The position numbers and the translations under genes are program-made. The notes under the pieces are model-generated. The model was not told the origin of the DNA, ran no database searches, and worked only from the letters and a program-made list of their open reading frames with translations. Of a DNA stretch of 32,000 nt, positions 26,718-32,000 are shown in pieces. Every line of letters starts with the position of its first letter. Position 1 is the first letter of the stretch. The DNA is from Candidatus Hermodarchaeota archaeon (GTDB lineage: Archaea; Asgardarchaeota; Heimdallarchaeia; Hodarchaeales; Hodarchaeaceae), in the NCBI GenBank assembly GCA_048886185.1, contig JBHLKY010000033.1, positions 1 through 32,000 on the forward strand, given 5' to 3'.

Positions 26718-27548
26718 CTAACGCAATTTACCATAACAATGGGGACAAAAGTATGCTGAAGCAGGAACTGGTTTTCCACAGAATTTACATGACGCTTGAG
26801 CTCCTCCTTCAGGAGCAGTCGTTTTAACAACTTTCTTGACTGTTTTTGGAGCTTTTGTAGACTTAATTGCCATTTTAGGCTGCTTTTTTGGAGTTGCTGA
26901 ACCACTACCCCATTGTAATGTGGGTTCCCATCCTCCAGGGGCACCTCGTACTTTAGGAGCTGATGGTTTTCGTCCCATCACAATACTAACCACAGTTAGA
27001 GCTACTCCAACAACAGCGATGATTAAAGGGAGAACTTGTGCAAAAAGGGAATAGCTAACATCAACTCGATACGTGAGAAGACGTATTTGACTAATACCAG
27101 TATTATCAACATAAAGAAACATGTCAAAAGTCTTCGAAGCATAAGGTCCTGAAATTGATGTGTAAATCGTAGCTAACATTCGTCCTTCTTCCCCTCCTGC
27201 ATCACCATCTAATGTTTTCTTCGTCTGCTGCTCCATTCCAATAGTTTCATCCGCCGATCTATAAATAAGCCATACATCACAATCCCAGGCATCTTGTCCT
27301 TGAAGATAGAATGATACTTTTAATTGAACTCCCATGATGGGAAGGGGGGTTCTCGGAATACCTCTAACAAGTTCAAACTGATCTTCGGTATTTTGTGGAA
27401 AGGACTCATTTACTGACACACTGCCAGTAGTTACGTAAAACGGATAGAGTCCCGTTCCGATTATTGGAAATAATAGTGAAAAAAGCACAAATAAAAAACC
27501 ACCTAGTATCAGTACTACTATTCCTGCTATCATAAGTTTTGATGCCAT
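26718..27548 (-). CDS. Membrane protein with two TM helices and a C-terminal zinc ribbon
   Basis: Likely start is ATG 27548 (MASKLMIAGIVVLILGG). A second TM (VLPLIIAVVGVALTVVSIVM) is followed by a Lys/Pro-rich linker and CKFCGKPVPASAYFCPHCYGKLR. Confidence 0.8.
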   Translation of the reverse strand: MASKLMIAGIVVLILGGFLFVLFSLLFPIIGTGLYPFYVTTGSVSVNESFPQNTEDQFELVRGIPRTPLPIMGVQLKVSFYLQGQDAWDCDVWLIYRSADETIGMEQQTKKTLDGDAGGEEGRMLATIYTSISGPYASKTFDMFLYVDNTGISQIRLLTYRVDVSYSLFAQVLPLIIAVVGVALTVVSIVMGRKPSAPKVRGAPGGWEPTLQWGSGSATPKKQPKMAIKSTKAPKTVKKVVKTTAPEGGAQASCKFCGKPVPASAYFCPHCYGKLR

Positions 27549-27716
27549 CTGACTCACTCTTTTCATTCTTTGATGAGATATGCCTATATCATATCCATTA
27601 TAATGTTTAAAATGGACTCCGCGCATGTCTTAATAAACTTTCGAATTTTGATTGAATGTAAGAATATCTTGTATTTAGAGGCTTTTGAGAATCTAATTTC
27701 ATCTTCACTTATCTTG

Positions 27717-27899
27717 GTGATCCAAATTATTCAGATTAATGTCAAGAAATGTGTGGGTTGTGCATATTGTTCTCTTGTTTGTCCACTTGCTAGTTTTAAA
27801 GTAGAAGGAATTTCTAATTTTATGCAAAAATGCAATAAATGTCATTTATGTATCAATAGTTGCCCAGTTTCGGCAATAATTCCATGTTGGGAGGAATAA
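27717..27899 (+). CDS. 2x[4Fe-4S] dicluster ferredoxin
   Basis: CVGCAYCSLVCP and CNKCHLCINSCP. Likely start is GTG 27717 rather than the track start at 27570. Confidence 0.9.
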   Translation: MIQIIQINVKKCVGCAYCSLVCPLASFKVEGISNFMQKCNKCHLCINSCPVSAIIPCWEE

Positions 27900-27902
27900 A
27901 CA

Positions 27903-29189
27903 ATTACAAAAAAGGAAGATCAGTTTATAGCAGGAGGAGGATTGGGTGGGTTACTCTCCGCAGCATTATTGGCTCAGCAGGGAATAAAAAGTTATTTGGT
28001 GGAAAAACTCTCTTTTTTTGGAGGAAGGTTCACCTCAATCAAACATAATGGTTTTGAAATTCCAACTGGAGCTGTTCATATGATCCCCCATTCTAATAGT
28101 GGGCCATTAGGGCAGATACTTAAGCAGGATTTGAGACTACCACTAGAAATTATTGAAAATAAGGATTTTACTGCTTGGTTTTGGCTAAACCAGCAACCAA
28201 GATTACATAGAAATTTCTGGGGTATTTTAAAGGCATTTCCAAGAATGAATCAGCGCATATTTATTTTGCGGAAGTTACTTCCTACAGTTCGTCATTCTGA
28301 TCGGCATACTGAGTCGTTTCAGGAGTTTCTGGAAGTTCATACAGAAGACCCCCAAATTTTTCAGTTTTTTAATGCTCTGACTGGATTTGCTTTGAGTTTA
28401 GACATTTCCCAAGTGTCTACAGCAGCTATGTTCCGTTTTTTTAGGAGATTACATCAGAATAGTCGTCCAGGGGTGCCCATTGGTGGTTGTAGGTCTGTTG
28501 TAGCAGCACTTACAGAGAAAGCTAGAAGAAATGGCTCAACTCTACAAAAGAACTGTGAGTTAATAAAGTTAGAAATGGATGGATCACTTATTGAATCAGC
28601 TGTTTGTGTTGATCGAAAGACAAATGAAGAGTTTAGTGTGCAAGCAGATAATTTTATACTTAATCTTGGGTGTTCACAAGTGAATGATGTGTTAATAAAC
28701 AGTCATTTACCTTTTCGTTTACCTATTATTTCAAGTTCGAGAGGTGGAGGCTTTATTTATCGTTCAAAAGAAACTATTCTAAGAACTTCCGTAGTGGCAC
28801 AGTTTCCTGAAAATGAATATGTAAAAGGAGCGGTAGAGCCGACAATATCGTCACCCAATCTTGCACCTAAAGATGAACACTTATTATGTACTCACCAAGT
28901 GTTTCATTCATCTAATATAATTCGTGATACCCGTTGTGCACGGAACGAGCTACTAGAGACCTTCCCCCAGTTAAAAGAAGAGGATGAACTATGTGTCCAT
29001 ACGTTTCATAAAGATTGGCCAGTCAATAATGCACAACAGGGAAAAGATTTATCAAATTTTTCATTAATAATTCCTAATCTTTTCTTTGTCGGAGACGGAT
29101 TCAAGGGTAATAATGGTTGGATGATGACTGAAGGTGTTGCTTATGGTGTGAAACAAGTAGTAGAAAAAATTCTCACGAAAAATAAGTAA
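27903..29189 (+). CDS. FAD-dependent oxidoreductase, phytoene desaturase-like (COG1233 type); start unresolved
   Basis: FIAGGGLGGLLSA Rossmann motif, VEKLSFFGGRFTS, TGAVHMIPH and FFVGDG. The Rossmann motif begins upstream of the called TTG 27942, so the true 5' end lies further upstream (27903 is an in-frame ATT). Confidence 0.85.
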   Translation: MTKKEDQFIAGGGLGGLLSAALLAQQGIKSYLVEKLSFFGGRFTSIKHNGFEIPTGAVHMIPHSNSGPLGQILKQDLRLPLEIIENKDFTAWFWLNQQPRLHRNFWGILKAFPRMNQRIFILRKLLPTVRHSDRHTESFQEFLEVHTEDPQIFQFFNALTGFALSLDISQVSTAAMFRFFRRLHQNSRPGVPIGGCRSVVAALTEKARRNGSTLQKNCELIKLEMDGSLIESAVCVDRKTNEEFSVQADNFILNLGCSQVNDVLINSHLPFRLPIISSSRGGGFIYRSKETILRTSVVAQFPENEYVKGAVEPTISSPNLAPKDEHLLCTHQVFHSSNIIRDTRCARNELLETFPQLKEEDELCVHTFHKDWPVNNAQQGKDLSNFSLIIPNLFFVGDGFKGNNGWMMTEGVAYGVKQVVEKILTKNK

Positions 29190-29365
29190 ATCCCCTCAGA
29201 TAGGTTTTTGACTTGCTTTAAGAATTGCAGTTCTAGGTCAAAACATTTAGAATAGGTAATAGTTAAATAGTAAGACATAAGTTAATATAAAATCAACCAA
29301 AATAAATTATTTTTATGCTAAAAAAAAGATCACTCGTACAATTTAAGTCGTATCGGGGTTTGTAA

Positions 29366-30598
29366 ATGAAATTCAAGCACAAGAAGAAACTGTTAATAAT
29401 GATAATACTTTTTGCTATCATTTCAACTAACTCTTCCATAATTCCTTCGAATCAAGGATCGGCCAGTTCCAACCAGATGATTCAAAATATTGCAATAATC
29501 TTAGATTCTTCAGAGTTTTATGATTCTGATTTTATTGATGATGTTCTAAATGGGTTTGATCAAGTCAATCAAACCTATAATATTAATTATACAGTATTCA
29601 GGCTAGCTAATTACACCTCACCCCCAATTCCGTTCGAAAAAACAGTCATAAATCGTTATCCCTATAAAGCATTTTACACTATAGATGGTTACCAAACTAA
29701 CCATACTCAATTGGCAACTGAGCTAATTAGTACCGAACAATATGACATGATTGTTTTCATGGGTTATGAGCTACGACGTGAAAAGAAGGAATATTTCCTA
29801 CCTTCCCAATATAATGACACAAAATTCCTTTTTTATGATTTATCTGGTGAAATTCCTTCCCATCCTGGGGCCTCATTGGGAGATAATGTTGCAGTAATCA
29901 GTTTTAATGAAACTCAGGCTGGTTTTATTGCAGGAACCTTGGCAGCTGTAACAATATCTCCACAACCTCAAAAAGTTGCTATGATTGGGACTTATAGAAA
30001 TAGTAGGGATGTATTTGATCCCAAACCAGACCCCCGCTCAGGACAACTTATGTTAGGATTTCAAAGTGGTTTTTTACGAAAGAATGCTGATGTGACATTT
30101 CTAATATCCTATATAGATTATTATTGGGGAAGCTGGACAAGTTACACGAAAGCCAAAGCATTAGCACAGGATTTAGATGACCAGGGTTATGAATTGATAT
30201 TCTCTGCTTTACAAAATAACAATACATTGGGAATCATTGATGGATTTACGAAGTCTGTTGTAGCTGTTGATTCAAATCTCGTGCAAAGAGTTGCTAAAAA
30301 TAATACTAAGGTCATTATGGCTATGTTTGAAGCTTTTAATAAAAGTCAGAATGGCTTTCTCCCTGGAGTATTTAGTTTCGATTTAGCAGATAACGTCTTT
30401 TATCCTAATGGGTGGGATGATAGTGAGTTGGTGAACCAAGCTATGGGGGAAATTTATACCGATGTGGTAATAAATAAAATTCCAATAGGTACTGAAATAA
30501 AACACGCTGAGAATACCCCAGGTTTCAGTATTATAGCTATTTTTGGATTAATATTATCCATACCAATTTCTAGACGACTTATTCGAAATAAAAGCTGA
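29366..30598 (+). CDS. BMP/PnrA-like substrate-binding protein with a signal peptide and a PGF-type C-terminal anchor
   Basis: DSDFIDDVLNGF, ISFNETQAGFIAGTLAA, KVAMIG and KAKALAQDLDDQGYELIF. The protein ends TPGF + TM + RRLIRNKS. Confidence 0.75.
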   Translation: MKFKHKKKLLIMIILFAIISTNSSIIPSNQGSASSNQMIQNIAIILDSSEFYDSDFIDDVLNGFDQVNQTYNINYTVFRLANYTSPPIPFEKTVINRYPYKAFYTIDGYQTNHTQLATELISTEQYDMIVFMGYELRREKKEYFLPSQYNDTKFLFYDLSGEIPSHPGASLGDNVAVISFNETQAGFIAGTLAAVTISPQPQKVAMIGTYRNSRDVFDPKPDPRSGQLMLGFQSGFLRKNADVTFLISYIDYYWGSWTSYTKAKALAQDLDDQGYELIFSALQNNNTLGIIDGFTKSVVAVDSNLVQRVAKNNTKVIMAMFEAFNKSQNGFLPGVFSFDLADNVFYPNGWDDSELVNQAMGEIYTDVVINKIPIGTEIKHAENTPGFSIIAIFGLILSIPISRRLIRNKS

Positions 30599-30644
30599 AT
30601 ATTAGGTTTCAGTAATAACCCTCTCTCCAAAGCTGTTTGATATT

Positions 30645-31463
30645 ATGAACCTCACTGACGATGCTAAGACCCAAGATAAAATCTGTGTCATTGGGGGGTC
30701 AGGTTTCTATGATTTCTTGGAGGAACCATTAGAAATCTCTGTAATGACTCCTTTCGATTCTAGGGCAATTACAATATATCATCAAGAACGTGATGGGAAA
30801 AATCTGTATTTTTTACCACGTCACGGGGGCAAGCATTCCATTCCACCCCATAAAATCAATTTTAAGGCCAATCTTTTTGCTCTTCATTTGCTATCAATTC
30901 CCAGAGTGATCGCGACAAGTGCTGTTGGGAGTTTAAGAGACTCTATAAACCCAGGAGATTACGTAATACTTGATCAATTCATCGACTTTGTACGTCCATT
31001 AACTTTTTTTGATGGAGATTTCAGTATCGAATTTCCTCAAGGAATCAAAAAATCGGGGGTGGTACATTTAGATATGACAGATCCCTACTGTTTAGAGATG
31101 CGCAAGATTCTTTCAAGAATTCTAGAAGATGACCCAAAAACCCATTTTCAAGGAACATATGCAACAACAATGGGCCCTCGTTTTGAAACTCCAGCTGAGA
31201 TCAAAGCTTTACAACAAATGGGTGCTGATGTTGTTGGTATGACAAATTCTTCAGAAGCGATTCTGTGTCGTGAACTTGGTATATGTTACAGTGTCATTGC
31301 AGTAGTAACAAATAAGGCAGCTGGTCTTCAGAAGCAGCTTAGCCATAATGAGGTTCTAGATATCTTTAATTCTCGTTCTACTCATCTTAAACAAGTTTTC
31401 CATGAAGTATTCTCCCAGATACCAAAGCAAAAGAATTGTTCTTGCGCATGGTACAACCAGTAA
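30645..31463 (+). CDS. mtnP: MTAP/PNP-family purine nucleoside phosphorylase, likely 6-oxopurine or methylthioinosine specific
   Basis: IGGSG, PRHGGKHSIPPHKINFKAN, GPRFETPAEI, GADVVGMT, specificity segment VTNKAAG and a C-terminal CSC. Confidence 0.9.
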   Translation: MNLTDDAKTQDKICVIGGSGFYDFLEEPLEISVMTPFDSRAITIYHQERDGKNLYFLPRHGGKHSIPPHKINFKANLFALHLLSIPRVIATSAVGSLRDSINPGDYVILDQFIDFVRPLTFFDGDFSIEFPQGIKKSGVVHLDMTDPYCLEMRKILSRILEDDPKTHFQGTYATTMGPRFETPAEIKALQQMGADVVGMTNSSEAILCRELGICYSVIAVVTNKAAGLQKQLSHNEVLDIFNSRSTHLKQVFHEVFSQIPKQKNCSCAWYNQ

Positions 31464-31605
31464 TGAAGAGAAGGAATTAATGTCATTTATAAAAATAACA
31501 GTAGGAAAAACTTGATTTTACGAGAAGAAGCAGAGTTTGGTTCAATATTTTATTGTGACTAACTCCATCTAAGATAAAATGATGGTTGCCATGAGTATGA
31601 GAATC

Positions 31606-32000
31606 TTAACTATTTATTTGAGATTCTCTCCACTTTTTATAATTCCTAAGACAACTTGTACAGCAAAAGTAATGGCGAATATCTTCAATTTTTTCTGTTT
31701 CGTAACTATCACTTATTTGTTTTCCACAATATTCGCAATTGATATTAAGAAGCTGACTTTGTTCAGGAATACGGTGGGGATTGGAGAAAACCTCTTTTAG
31801 GAGAATATTTATCTTCGCACCTTCAATACAGGAGAAGGATTTGATTTTTTCAAACAGGATTTGATGCATGTTTAGAGGTTGGTTTTGCGTTATAATTAAC
31901 ATATTGAATTCATCTAATACTTCAAATACTTCTCTTACTTCGTTAATTGTATTTAGAAAATTGATGAACTCTTTTATCATTTCTTTTTTGACTTTAAGGT
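31606..32000 (-). CDS. Lrp/AsnC-family regulator with a C-terminal TRASH metal-binding domain; N-terminus beyond the window end
   Basis: CEYCGKQI...YFCCTSCLRNY (TRASH), preceded by a RAM/AsnC-like segment EVREVFEVLDEFNMLI. The frame stays open upstream of ATG 31980 (LKVKKE) to the window edge. Confidence 0.8.
   Translation of the reverse strand, partial: LKVKKEMIKEFINFLNTINEVREVFEVLDEFNMLIITQNQPLNMHQILFEKIKSFSCIEGAKINILLKEVFSNPHRIPEQSQLLNINCEYCGKQISDSYETEKIEDIRHYFCCTSCLRNYKKWRESQINS

Noticed and set aside
27570-27716. Track's long N-terminal extension of the ferredoxin (and 27549-27626 of the opposite membrane gene)
   Set aside because: The extensions overlap each other across a divergent intergenic region, and better starts exist at 27717 and 27548.
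1859-31800. Other short track ORFs (1859, 7882, 10252, 14025, 18198, 18550, 19134, 19545, 19970, 20808, 20889, 21127, 21477, 21765, 22019, 23171, 24928, 25288, 25415, 26359, 26708, 26836, 31579)
   Set aside because: Each overlaps a well-supported longer gene in another frame or strand and has no recognisable motif.
1-32000. CRISPR array, rRNA, tRNA, IS element or integrase
   Set aside because: No regularly spaced repeats, GC-rich structured RNA segments or transposase/recombinase motifs were seen by eye. A tRNAscan or Infernal run would be needed to exclude small RNAs.

Overview
This is an AT-rich archaeal window. The evidence is TATA-type promoters, GAGG/GGTGG ribosome-binding sites, a COG2522-type HTH, an AsnC-TRASH regulator and a PGF-type C-terminal anchor. 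An Asgard-like lineage is plausible but is inference only. Housekeeping and metabolic genes (cysS, a divergent gcvPA/gcvPB cluster, hflX, group III Pfk, a purine nucleoside phosphorylase, a BMP-family binding protein, a subtilase) are interleaved with many nucleic-acid modification genes and no recognisable restriction nuclease. Two candidates stand out. (1) A compact cluster at 9345-12978 encodes two small TGT-fold (DpdA-like) guanine-exchange enzymes that keep both catalytic aspartates but lack the Zn site and PUA domain, plus a YaaA/DUF6884-like (DpdC-like) protein and a DUF362 protein. (2) At the end of the same tightly packed run is an 816-aa beta-class DNA methyltransferase built as an internal pseudo-dimer: a catalytically degenerate copy that keeps the putative target-recognition insert, fused to an intact catalytic copy that lacks it. 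An alpha-class SPPY methyltransferase and two tandem gamma-class NPPY/F methyltransferases are also present. No rRNA, tRNA, CRISPR array or transposase was seen. All family calls come from motif recognition by eye, and no database search was run.
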